Shown: positions 55,821 to 63,838 of the stretch, piece after piece
Layout of the letters: every line of letters starts with the position of its first letter
How positions within the stretch are numbered: the first letter of the stretch is position 1
Assembly (NCBI GenBank): GCA_041288095.1
Contig: JBGGMJ010000129.1
Location: 1 to 63,838 of the forward strand
Direction: 5' to 3'
DNA from: Myxococcota bacterium
Lineage (GTDB): Bacteria; Myxococcota; XYA12-FULL-58-9; JALHOP01
DNA length: 63,838 nucleotides
The notes under the pieces: model-generated
Databases searched by the model: none
Told to the model about the DNA's origin: nothing
Seen by the model: the letters and a program-made list of their open reading frames with translations, nothing else
Program-made: the position numbers and the translations under genes

Positions 55821-56254
55821 CTCGGCTCCCGACCTTGGCGGCGACGCGCAAGCTCGGGAAGCGCCTGGCCCAGAGCCTCAAAGCCGGCGACGTGTTGGCG
55901 TTGGTGGGTGACCTCGGCGCCGGCAAGACCACGCTCGTTCAAGCTATTGCCCGTGCCCTCGACGTCGCTGATCCCGGTGAGGTCGTCAGCCCGACGTATA
56001 CGCTGGTGAACGAGCACCCGACCGCTCGAGGAGCTCTGATCCACATCGACCTCTACCGCTTGACCGACGCCGAGAGCGCCGTGGCCTTGGGCCTCGTCGA
56101 GCAGCTCCACCGCCGCGACGCCATCGTCCTCGTCGAGTGGGCCGACCGTTTCAGCGAGCTCATTCCAGCGCACGCGACTTGGGTCACGCTGCGTGTCGGC
56201 CAAAGCGGAGAGCGGGCCGCAACGCTTCGTCGCAGCCCGCCCTCGCTACCCTAG
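55808..56254 (+). CDS. tsaE: tRNA t6A biosynthesis ATPase TsaE
   Basis: GDLGAGKTT, SPTYTL, HIDLYRL, VEW. Confidence 0.95.
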   Translation: MEEVARLPTLAATRKLGKRLAQSLKAGDVLALVGDLGAGKTTLVQAIARALDVADPGEVVSPTYTLVNEHPTARGALIHIDLYRLTDAESAVALGLVEQLHRRDAIVLVEWADRFSELIPAHATWVTLRVGQSGERAATLRRSPPSLP

Positions 56255-56271
56255 ACCATGCTGAGAGGCGC

Positions 56272-57825
56272 TTAGGCGCGCACACCGCCGACGTTCACCT
56301 GGCGAACCGAGCGATTCGCTTCGTTGCGAAGCGCGCCGTTGGTGCGGGTGACCTCGTTCTCGCGGTTCACGTCCTGCATGCGATCCATGACCCGGCCGAG
56401 CTGCTCGCGCGCAATGGTTCGCATCTGCTGATTCTCACCAACTTCACGCTCGAGCTGACGCTGGAAGTTCAGACCCTGCGCGCCGTCGTTGAGCGGCGTG
56501 ATGCGGTCGTTGGTCCGCGTGATGTCACCGTTGCGCTGGAACTGGCCGTCCAGCTGCTGGGTGCCGTCATCGTTGTTCGTGACCGCCATCTTCACCTTGA
56601 GCGCGTCCACTTGGAACTCGGCAAGGAGCTTGATTTCGGTCTCGTCGGCGTTGACGTCGTCGTTGGCGTCGATCCAAACCTTGACGCCATCGAGCTCGGC
56701 TCCGCTCACGACACCGTCACCGTTGGCGTCCAGCTCTTCGAGGCTCTCGAAGCCATCCAGAGCCTGGTTCGCCTGACCCAAGATGTGGTCTTGGTCGATG
56801 CGGCGGCGAGCCGCGGCAGCTGCCGAAACCTCGCCGTCGGTGTCATTGACGATCCACGCGTTGTCCTCGAGGGCGAGGAGCGACGCGAGCTGCTCTTCGG
56901 TGGGATCCAATGGATTGTCGCCGTCGACACCGTCCATCGGCCCGACCGGATTGTCGTTCTTGAGCTCGAGGCCTTCCTCGGCGAGCGAGTCCTCCAGCGT
57001 GATGAGCGCAAGCGCGCTGATCTTGCCTACGTTGTTCGCGTCGACGTCGCGGGCAAAGTCACCGCCGGCATCGTACAGCTTGCCGAGGGTCTCGCCGTCG
57101 TACCACTTGCCGTCGGTGCCCATGACGTAGATCTGGCCGTCTTTGTTCGCGCTGTCGTAGGCAAGGCCGCCGGTGGAAGCAACGGTGCCTGCACCGCCTG
57201 CCTTGACGTCCATGGTGCCGAGCGAATCGCCGTACTGGATGTTGAGCTTGTCCGAGAGCGTGATGCCCTGCTGCACCTCGGTGGTGTCGCAGAAGATCTT
57301 GGTGCCGTCCGGCAAGACGAAGGTGCCGTCTTGGTCGAAGTGCCAATCGGCGTCGCCGTCGTTGCCTTCGTCGACGTGGGGGTCACCGAAGATGCGCGTT
57401 TCGAGACCGCTCGGGTCCTTCACGCGCCACTGGTGATTGCCGTCGTTGAAGATGGTGAAACCACCGGGCGTGGTGATCGAGCCGTCCGCGTTGGCGGTCA
57501 GCTGACCCGGCGGTAGCGAAGGTGGCGACACCTCCGGTGACTCGATGCCCGACGACAAGATGTCGGCTGCTCCGGAGAGCTCGACCTGCGTCGTGTCTAC
57601 GAGGTCACCGACGGCGTTCGTGTTGCCGTTTGCGTTGTTGCCGGTCGCGATACCGCGGTCGGCGAGGCGCTCTAATCCGCGTTCGCGGAGTGCGCCTACT
57701 TCGAATCCATCACGCATCTGCTCGACGCGCATGATGTTTCGGTTGGGATTGGCGTTGACGTTATCGAGCGGCGCTCGCAACACCCGCTCACGATTCTCTG
57801 CTCCGTTGATCGTAGTGATGCTCAT
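56272..57825 (-). CDS. Acidic Ca-binding protein with GDPHVD (DUF1521/MIIA-like) autocleavage motif
   Basis: TRIFGDPHVDEGNDGDADWHF, FVLPDGTKI; EF-hand-like LDANGDGVVSGAEL; AGGAG RBS; no Sec signal. Confidence 0.7.
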   Translation of the reverse strand: MSITTINGAENRERVLRAPLDNVNANPNRNIMRVEQMRDGFEVGALRERGLERLADRGIATGNNANGNTNAVGDLVDTTQVELSGAADILSSGIESPEVSPPSLPPGQLTANADGSITTPGGFTIFNDGNHQWRVKDPSGLETRIFGDPHVDEGNDGDADWHFDQDGTFVLPDGTKIFCDTTEVQQGITLSDKLNIQYGDSLGTMDVKAGGAGTVASTGGLAYDSANKDGQIYVMGTDGKWYDGETLGKLYDAGGDFARDVDANNVGKISALALITLEDSLAEEGLELKNDNPVGPMDGVDGDNPLDPTEEQLASLLALEDNAWIVNDTDGEVSAAAAARRRIDQDHILGQANQALDGFESLEELDANGDGVVSGAELDGVKVWIDANDDVNADETEIKLLAEFQVDALKVKMAVTNNDDGTQQLDGQFQRNGDITRTNDRITPLNDGAQGLNFQRQLEREVGENQQMRTIAREQLGRVMDRMQDVNRENEVTRTNGALRNEANRSVRQVNVGGVRA

Positions 57826-58055
57826 GGCGGCTTCTCCTACCTGCATGGTGGGTCAGGTAGGGGTACATACCCACCCCGGCTCACAGGGGGCTGTTTGTGG
57901 ATGGGGGTTGCTGCTTTTGTTGCTCCTTTTTTCGAAAAAAAAGAACGACGCGACGCGTTGGTAGGGAATCGCGACCCACGCGTAGATCCGCGTCCGCCTT
58001 GACAGAAGTGGGGCTCGGAACCCATCGTGCCGCCACTTTCTGAGGATCCCACTTT

Positions 58056-59684
58056 ATGATCAACGCCGTCAGCACGATCGCCGCACCCGTCAACGAACCG
58101 GTTCTGTCGTATGCGCCCGGCACCCCTGAACGCCGTTCGATCAAGGAGACCCTGACCGCGTTGGCGGGCGAGCATACGGAAGTGCCCAACACCATCGCCG
58201 GAGAACGGGTTCGCACCCAGAAGACGCAGCCCATCACCATGCCGCACGCCCACCAGAAGCAGCTGGGCACCCTGCACATGGCCGACGGCGCGCTCGTGAA
58301 CCGGGCCATCGACGCGGCATTGAAGGCAAAAGCGGAGTGGGCCTCGGCTTCGTTCGATGATCGCGCCGCGGTTTTCCTCAAAGCCGCGGACCTCCTGGCT
58401 GGTCGCTATCGCGCACGTGCCAACGCCGCGACCATGCTCGGCCAAAGCAAGACGGTGCACCAGGCCGAGATCGACGCCGCTTGCGAGCTCATCGACTTCT
58501 GGCGTTTCAACGTCTTCTTCGCGCGCCGTCTGCTGGAAGAACAGCCGCTGTCGCCGCCCGGGAGCTGGAACCGACTCGATTGGCGGCCGCTCGATGGCTT
58601 CGTCGCCGCCATCACGCCGTTCAACTTCAGCTCCATCGGCGGCAACTTGCCGACGGCGCCGGCCATCATGGGCAACACGGTGGTTTGGAAGGCCGCGACC
58701 ACCGCGGCGCTCTCGGCGCAGGTCATGCTCGAGATCCTCGAGGCAGCTGGCATGCCGCCGGGCGTCATCAATCTGGTGAACGCACCAGGCGCACAGTTCG
58801 GCGAAGCCATCTTGAAGCACCCGGAGCTCGCCGGCGTGCACTTCACCGGCTCGACCGGCACCTTCAACTCCATCTGGCAGTCGGTCGCGAGCAACATGTC
58901 TGGCTACCGTGCCTATCCGCGCCTCGTCGGTGAGACCGGCGGCAAGGACTTCATCCTGGCGCACGCTTCAGCGGACCCGCACGCGCTCGCCGTCGCGATG
59001 GTACGTGGCGCGTTCGAATACCAAGGTCAGAAGTGCTCCGCCGCCTCGCGCGCTTATGTGCCGAAGAGCTTGTGGCCCGAGGTCTCGCAGCGCGTCGAGG
59101 CCGAGGTGAACGCCATCAAGATGGGCGACATCAGCGACTTCCGTAACTTCATGGGCGCGGTCATCGACAAGAAGAGCTTCGAGAGCATCCGTGGCTACAT
59201 CGAGGCCGGCAAGAGCGGCGGCGCCAAGGTGTGGCTCGGGGGTGAGTGCAATAGCGAAGTGGGCTGGTTCGTACGGCCGACGGTGGTCGTCGCCGACGAT
59301 CCGAAGCACAAGCTCATGCGCGAAGAGATCTTCGGGCCGGTGCTGACCGTCTACGTCTATGACGACGCCAAGCTCGAGGAGACCGTGAAGCTCGTTGACG
59401 AGGGCTCACCGTACGCTTTGACGGGCGCAATCTTTGCCCGCGACCGCGGCGTCGTTGCGCGCTTGAGTGACCAGCTGCGCTTCTCGGCGGGCAACTTCTA
59501 CATCAACGACAAGCCGACCGGTGCCGTCGTTGGCCAGCAGCCTTTCGGCGGGAGTCGCGCGTCGGGCACCAACGATAAGGCGGGTAGCTTCTTGAACCTC
59601 GTGCGTTGGACGAGCGCGCGGGCCATCAAGGAGACGTATGACGCGCCCCGCAGCGTGGGCTATCCGTTCATGAACGAGGCGTAG
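58056..59684 (+). CDS. pruA: Delta-1-pyrroline-5-carboxylate dehydrogenase
   Basis: NEPVLSYAPG, QAEIDAACELIDFWRFN, GETGGKDF, FEYQGQKCSA, QQPFGGSRASGTNDKAGS. Confidence 0.96.
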   Translation: MINAVSTIAAPVNEPVLSYAPGTPERRSIKETLTALAGEHTEVPNTIAGERVRTQKTQPITMPHAHQKQLGTLHMADGALVNRAIDAALKAKAEWASASFDDRAAVFLKAADLLAGRYRARANAATMLGQSKTVHQAEIDAACELIDFWRFNVFFARRLLEEQPLSPPGSWNRLDWRPLDGFVAAITPFNFSSIGGNLPTAPAIMGNTVVWKAATTAALSAQVMLEILEAAGMPPGVINLVNAPGAQFGEAILKHPELAGVHFTGSTGTFNSIWQSVASNMSGYRAYPRLVGETGGKDFILAHASADPHALAVAMVRGAFEYQGQKCSAASRAYVPKSLWPEVSQRVEAEVNAIKMGDISDFRNFMGAVIDKKSFESIRGYIEAGKSGGAKVWLGGECNSEVGWFVRPTVVVADDPKHKLMREEIFGPVLTVYVYDDAKLEETVKLVDEGSPYALTGAIFARDRGVVARLSDQLRFSAGNFYINDKPTGAVVGQQPFGGSRASGTNDKAGSFLNLVRWTSARAIKETYDAPRSVGYPFMNEA

Positions 59685-60282
59685 CGCTCAAGAGGCCGCG
59701 CAAGCGGTCATGCACGTCCGGCCACTCGGCCGCGACGATGCTGTAGACGCAGGTATCGCGCAGGCTGCCGTCCGGCATGACCATGTGGCTGCGCAGGATC
59801 CCATCGAGCTTCGCGCCCAGGCGCTCGATGGCCCTTCGGCTCTGTTCATTGGCGACATGCGTGCGAAACTCGACGGCAATGCACGCGAGCGTGTCGAAGG
59901 CGTGCGTCAGCAACATCAGCTTGCACGCGGTGTTGAGCGGCGTGCGTTGCACCGAGCGTCGATACCAGGTGGCGCCGATCTCGACGCGCCGCTGCTCAGC
60001 GTCGACGTTCAGATACGTGGTCATGCCGACGGCCTTGCCGCTATCTGGCTCGATCACCGTAAACGGCAACATGCTGCCTTTGGCTTGCAAGGCCAGCCGC
60101 CGATCGATCTCGGCGCGCATGCGGTCGGGGGAGGGGATGATCGTGTACCAGAGGCGCCAGAGCTCGCCGTCGCGCACCGCCTCCACAAGGTCGTCATGGT
60201 GCGTCTGCGATAGCGGCTCGAGGACCGCCTCGGGCCGCCGCAGCGTGATGGGAACGAGCCAAGCCACGTGTAGGAATTCCAT
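59668..60282 (-). CDS. GNAT (RimJ/RimL-type) N-acetyltransferase
   Basis: RVEIGATW, QRTPLNTACKL, SRRAIERLGAKLDGILR, RDTCVYSI; start 60282 or 60267. Confidence 0.9.
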   Translation of the reverse strand: MEFLHVAWLVPITLRRPEAVLEPLSQTHHDDLVEAVRDGELWRLWYTIIPSPDRMRAEIDRRLALQAKGSMLPFTVIEPDSGKAVGMTTYLNVDAEQRRVEIGATWYRRSVQRTPLNTACKLMLLTHAFDTLACIAVEFRTHVANEQSRRAIERLGAKLDGILRSHMVMPDGSLRDTCVYSIVAAEWPDVHDRLRGLLSATPRS

Positions 60283-60367
60283 TACCGGAAGCGTTTCGCC
60301 TTGTGAAAATTTCGGCCGCCCGCCTCTTTTTTTCTGCTGATTTTCTCGCGTCCTACGATCGCTGGGC

Positions 60368-61204
60368 ATGTCCAGCGCAATTCGTCTTGCTGAAACCCAG
60401 CTCCTCAAAGCCCGCCCGTTTCTCAAATGGGCCGGCGGCAAATCGAAGCTCGTCGAGACCATCATGGCGCGCTTCCCGCACAACTTCGGCTGCTACTTCG
60501 AGCCGTTCTTGGGCGGCGGCGCCGTGTTCTTCGGCCTCGAGCCGGAACGGGCGGTGCTCGCCGACATGAACCTCGAGCTCGTCACCGCCTACACGGCGTT
60601 GCGCGACGAGCTGCCGCGGGTCATGGCGGCGCTGCGCCGGCATCGCGCCGAGCGGGAGCACTTCTACGCGGTGCGCGCGCAAGGCACCGACGGCATGTCC
60701 ACGACGGCTCGCGCCGCGCGCATGATCTTCTTGAATCGCACCTGCTATAACGGACTCTATCGGGTCAACCGCTCGGGCGCCTTCAACGTGCCCTTCGGCA
60801 AATACGACAACCCGCGCATCTGCGACGAAGAGAACCTGCGCGCCGTCTCGCACGCGCTGCAAGACGCGACCATCGAGCACGCGGACGTCTTCTCGACGGT
60901 CGCCAAAGCGCGCGCGGGGGATCTCGTCTACTTCGATCCTCCGTATGACCCGGTGTCGAAGACCGCCTCGTTCGTGTCTTACACCGACAAGGGCTTCACC
61001 TCGGAAGATCAGGAGCGCCTGGCGCGAACCTTCCGCGAGCTCGCCGAGCGTGGCGTGCACGCCGTGCTTTCGAATTCGGACACGCCCTTCATCCGCAGGC
61101 TCTTCAAGGGCTTCCGCATCGAGACGGTGCACGTGCGGCGCGCCATCAATAGCCGCGCCGATCGCCGTGGGCCGGTCGCCGAAGTGCTCGTCTCGACTAC
61201 CTGA
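60368..61204 (+). CDS. Dam-family (D12 class) N6-adenine DNA methyltransferase, orphan
   Basis: PFLKWAGGK, YFEPFLGGGAV, NGLYRVN...FNVPFG, YFDPPY, SNS. Confidence 0.92.
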   Translation: MSSAIRLAETQLLKARPFLKWAGGKSKLVETIMARFPHNFGCYFEPFLGGGAVFFGLEPERAVLADMNLELVTAYTALRDELPRVMAALRRHRAEREHFYAVRAQGTDGMSTTARAARMIFLNRTCYNGLYRVNRSGAFNVPFGKYDNPRICDEENLRAVSHALQDATIEHADVFSTVAKARAGDLVYFDPPYDPVSKTASFVSYTDKGFTSEDQERLARTFRELAERGVHAVLSNSDTPFIRRLFKGFRIETVHVRRAINSRADRRGPVAEVLVSTT

Positions 61205-61206
61205 GT

Positions 61207-63837
61207 CTACTCGCAGGTGCTGGTTGATTCGATCCAGTGTCTGAGGATCGCCAGCGCGTGGGTGTGCGCGACGCTCGACGCTAGTGGTGGCATGCGGTAG
61301 CTCGCGTTCAGGGTCTCGGCACGCTTGTAGACCTGCGAGTGCTCGGCATCACCCGGCATGAACAACATGCTCGGACCGGTGATCACGTCCTCCAAGGCGC
61401 TGATGCTCGGCGGCTGGTTGCAGACGTTCATGTCCGCGAACGCCGTGGCGTAACGGAAATCGGGCGGCGTGAAGGTCGGGCCGTTAGGCCGGTGACAGAT
61501 CGAGCAGTTGACGTGCAGGTACGAGCGCGAACGCTCCTCGACGCCGGTCGAAAGGTCAGTGAGCGGCACCAAACGCGGCCACGGGCCTGGTGCGCCCGCG
61601 GTGTCGACGAGGCCGATGTGGTCGAGCGTCGCCATCTGGTTCGCGGTCATGCCGGTCGCCGGATAGGCGATGGCGTGGTTGAGCTGTGCGGTCTCCGGGC
61701 CGAGCGCCGTCTTGTCGATGGTGTTGTGACACTGGAAGCACTGCGCGCGTCCTGGGTATTGCCAGGGTTGGCCGCCCCAGTCTTTCTCGGCGCCGAGCTC
61801 GCCGACCAAGGCAGCGTCGGTTTGCTCGTCGTTCCACTCGTAGGTGTAGGCGGCCCAGCGGCCGTCCACGACCTGACGCACCATGAAGCGCGTCTCGATC
61901 TTCTGGTCGCCCAAGCTGAACTCCTTGACCAGGACGCTGCCGGGCGGGAATTCGAAGTCGCCGCTCGCATCGAGCGTGATCTCGACGTCGTCAGGCACCG
62001 TCAGCCAGCGGCGCTTGGTGGCGCCGTCGGACCAGAGCTCGGCGGCCGGCGCGAACGGGATGAGATCGTCGACCGGCTCGTCGACCGTCGGTGTGCCTTC
62101 GTCGTCGATGACGTTGAAGCAACCCGTATCGGAGAGCAGCGCGGGTGGACCGCCGGAGCCGCCGCTCGCCGGGGTGGCTCGCAACATGCCGAGCCAGCCG
62201 TTTCCGGTCCCCGGAGCGCCGAAGAGCATCACGGCGTAAGCATTGCCGTCTTGGTCGCGGTTGAACGACGCGACGGGCACACCGGTCTGCACCAGCTCGA
62301 AGTCGGCGGTGCAGCGCGCTTCAGCCGCCGGTGGTGGGCCGACGATGCCCGCCGCGAAGCCGTTCTCGTAGGGGACTTCACGGGCCTTGCAAGTGAGCCC
62401 CGCATCGCAGTCCGCGGACGAGGTGCACGCGACGCCGCTGTTCGGCGAGATGGCGTCGACGTCGCGGATCGCCCAGATGCGCTGGGTCGAGTAGTCGCCG
62501 AAGAAGTAGGCGCCGGTGAACGCCGGTATGGCGGTGCCGCGGTACACCAGGCCGCCGCTGATGGCACGGCCGTAGATGGTGTCGGGGAGGCGATCCGCTT
62601 CAGCGGTCCCGTTGCGGTCGTAGCCCGGACCGTGGCGCAGCTGCACGATCGGCCAACCCACTTGCGTCGCGTAAGCCGTGCACGCTGGGGAGAGCGTGGC
62701 GTCGTCGACGAAGGGGTACTCGTTGCTGCCCCAGCCGTTGGCGCAATCGTAACCCTCGAAGTAGCCCCAGCCATAGTTGCCGCCGGCGACGACGTTGCGG
62801 TTCACCTCTTCCCAGGTGTTATTGCCGACGTCACCGAGCCAGATGGTGTTGTCGGCGGTATCGAAGCTCCATTGCCAAGGGTTACGGAAGCCGCGCGCGT
62901 AGATGAGGGGCTGCACCGTACCGGGCTCCAGGTTGTGGGTCGGATTGGGATCGGCGCCGAAGTAGGGATTGTCCGGCGGCGTGTCCACCGCGGTGTATTG
63001 CCAGCCCTCGTTCCAGCCGAGCAGCGAGGAGTCGATCTCCTTGGTGAGGTCCGAGACGTCGATGCGCAGGAGCTTGCCGCGCAGGGTCGACAGATGCTGC
63101 GCTTGCTTACCGCCGCAGTGGCCCTGCGGTCCGCCATCGCCGACAGACCAGTAGAGGTAGCCGTCGGGCCCGAAGTGCGCCGCGTCGCCTGCGTGTAGGC
63201 CGTCTTCGTTGACGGTGTGGCCGCATGCGCGGGTGTACTCGGGGTCGGCCGGATCGGCGGTCTCGAGGTAGTTGATGGCGATGACCACTTGCTCGCTATC
63301 GCGGTCGAAGGTGAGACCACCGTCGGTCGAGTAGAAGCGCGACAGGCGCACTTGGATGTGCGGGTTGCCACCGCCCGCATCGAACTGGTGGCAGTAGGCG
63401 ACGTAGGCCGCCCCGTAGGTCTCGAAGTCGTTCGGGAACACTAGCGCCGCCGCCGAGCAATCCCAGCCGGTGAACTGCACATCGGAGAGGTCGAGTGCCT
63501 CGAGCTTGTCGGCCGCGGTGACGGTGGGGTCGTTCGGGAACGAGTAAATGTGGCCGTCGCGCTGGTTGACGAAAATGCGCGAGTTGTCGCCCGGCCGCTG
63601 TGACATCGACACCGAGCCGCTGAAGCGGATGTTGGGGAAACGGTCGACGAACTGGACGTTGTCGGTCACCGGCGGCGCGGTGAATGCCTGACAGGTCCGC
63701 TGCGACGGACGCTCGTCGAGGCCGAAGATCGGTGCTGGGCCTTCGTCACCGGCGTCACCTCCGTCTCCATCACCAGCGACGTCATCGGCGTCGCCATGGT
63801 CGACCTCGTCGCTGTCCCCGTAGGGATCCGCGATGAA
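61207..63837 (-). CDS. PQQ-dependent sugar dehydrogenase (GSDH beta-propeller) fused to c-type cytochrome domain (5' truncated)
   Basis: FGPDGYLYWSVGDGG, LRGKLLRID, GFRNPW, GGNYGW; LWSDGATKRRW; CFQCH and CSICH heme motifs; frame open to window end. Confidence 0.88.
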   Translation of the reverse strand, partial: FIADPYGDSDEVDHGDADDVAGDGDGGDAGDEGPAPIFGLDERPSQRTCQAFTAPPVTDNVQFVDRFPNIRFSGSVSMSQRPGDNSRIFVNQRDGHIYSFPNDPTVTAADKLEALDLSDVQFTGWDCSAAALVFPNDFETYGAAYVAYCHQFDAGGGNPHIQVRLSRFYSTDGGLTFDRDSEQVVIAINYLETADPADPEYTRACGHTVNEDGLHAGDAAHFGPDGYLYWSVGDGGPQGHCGGKQAQHLSTLRGKLLRIDVSDLTKEIDSSLLGWNEGWQYTAVDTPPDNPYFGADPNPTHNLEPGTVQPLIYARGFRNPWQWSFDTADNTIWLGDVGNNTWEEVNRNVVAGGNYGWGYFEGYDCANGWGSNEYPFVDDATLSPACTAYATQVGWPIVQLRHGPGYDRNGTAEADRLPDTIYGRAISGGLVYRGTAIPAFTGAYFFGDYSTQRIWAIRDVDAISPNSGVACTSSADCDAGLTCKAREVPYENGFAAGIVGPPPAAEARCTADFELVQTGVPVASFNRDQDGNAYAVMLFGAPGTGNGWLGMLRATPASGGSGGPPALLSDTGCFNVIDDEGTPTVDEPVDDLIPFAPAAELWSDGATKRRWLTVPDDVEITLDASGDFEFPPGSVLVKEFSLGDQKIETRFMVRQVVDGRWAAYTYEWNDEQTDAALVGELGAEKDWGGQPWQYPGRAQCFQCHNTIDKTALGPETAQLNHAIAYPATGMTANQMATLDHIGLVDTAGAPGPWPRLVPLTDLSTGVEERSRSYLHVNCSICHRPNGPTFTPPDFRYATAFADMNVCNQPPSISALEDVITGPSMLFMPGDAEHSQVYKRAETLNASYRMPPLASSVAHTHALAILRHWIESTSTCE

Positions 63838-63838
63838 G

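Noticed and set aside
60368..61204. Restriction-modification or defence system
   Set aside because: No nuclease or other defence gene adjacent

Overview
High-GC chromosomal window, most likely from a Myxococcota/deltaproteobacterial organism. That assignment is inferred from the Cys-rich VWA lipoprotein, the cdaA-cdaR-glmM-pdxJ-nnr-tsaE gene order and the pseudokinase-TPR receptor. Housekeeping blocks: MoxR/VWA, ettA, zwf-pgl-gnd, kbl-tdh, ssrA, cdaA-cdaR-glmM-pdxJ-nnr-tsaE and pruA. Accessory loci: an arsR-arsI-acr3-arsC operon, an NadE-like/AMP-ligase/ACP/AsnB/2x hexapeptide-acyltransferase cluster, and many secreted or lipoprotein genes. I saw no CRISPR array, transposase or integrase. Best leads: (1) an unannotated ~130-nt sigma-54-type small RNA with enhancer palindromes and three G6-7 tracts (about 14956-15085, minus strand); (2) the carrier-protein/double-amide-ligase operon; (3) dispersed genes for hydrolase-like proteins lacking signal peptides, some preceded by a sigma-28-like GCCGATAA box, plus a GDPH autocleavage (NopE1-like) protein, suggesting type III/flagellar-type secretion substrates; (4) a tmRNA with a 22-aa tag lengthened by an in-frame hairpin; (5) three tandem 12-Cys twin-CX9C lipoproteins coupled to OsmC; (6) an operator array in front of an XRE gene. 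All calls come from motif reading by eye, with no database searches.
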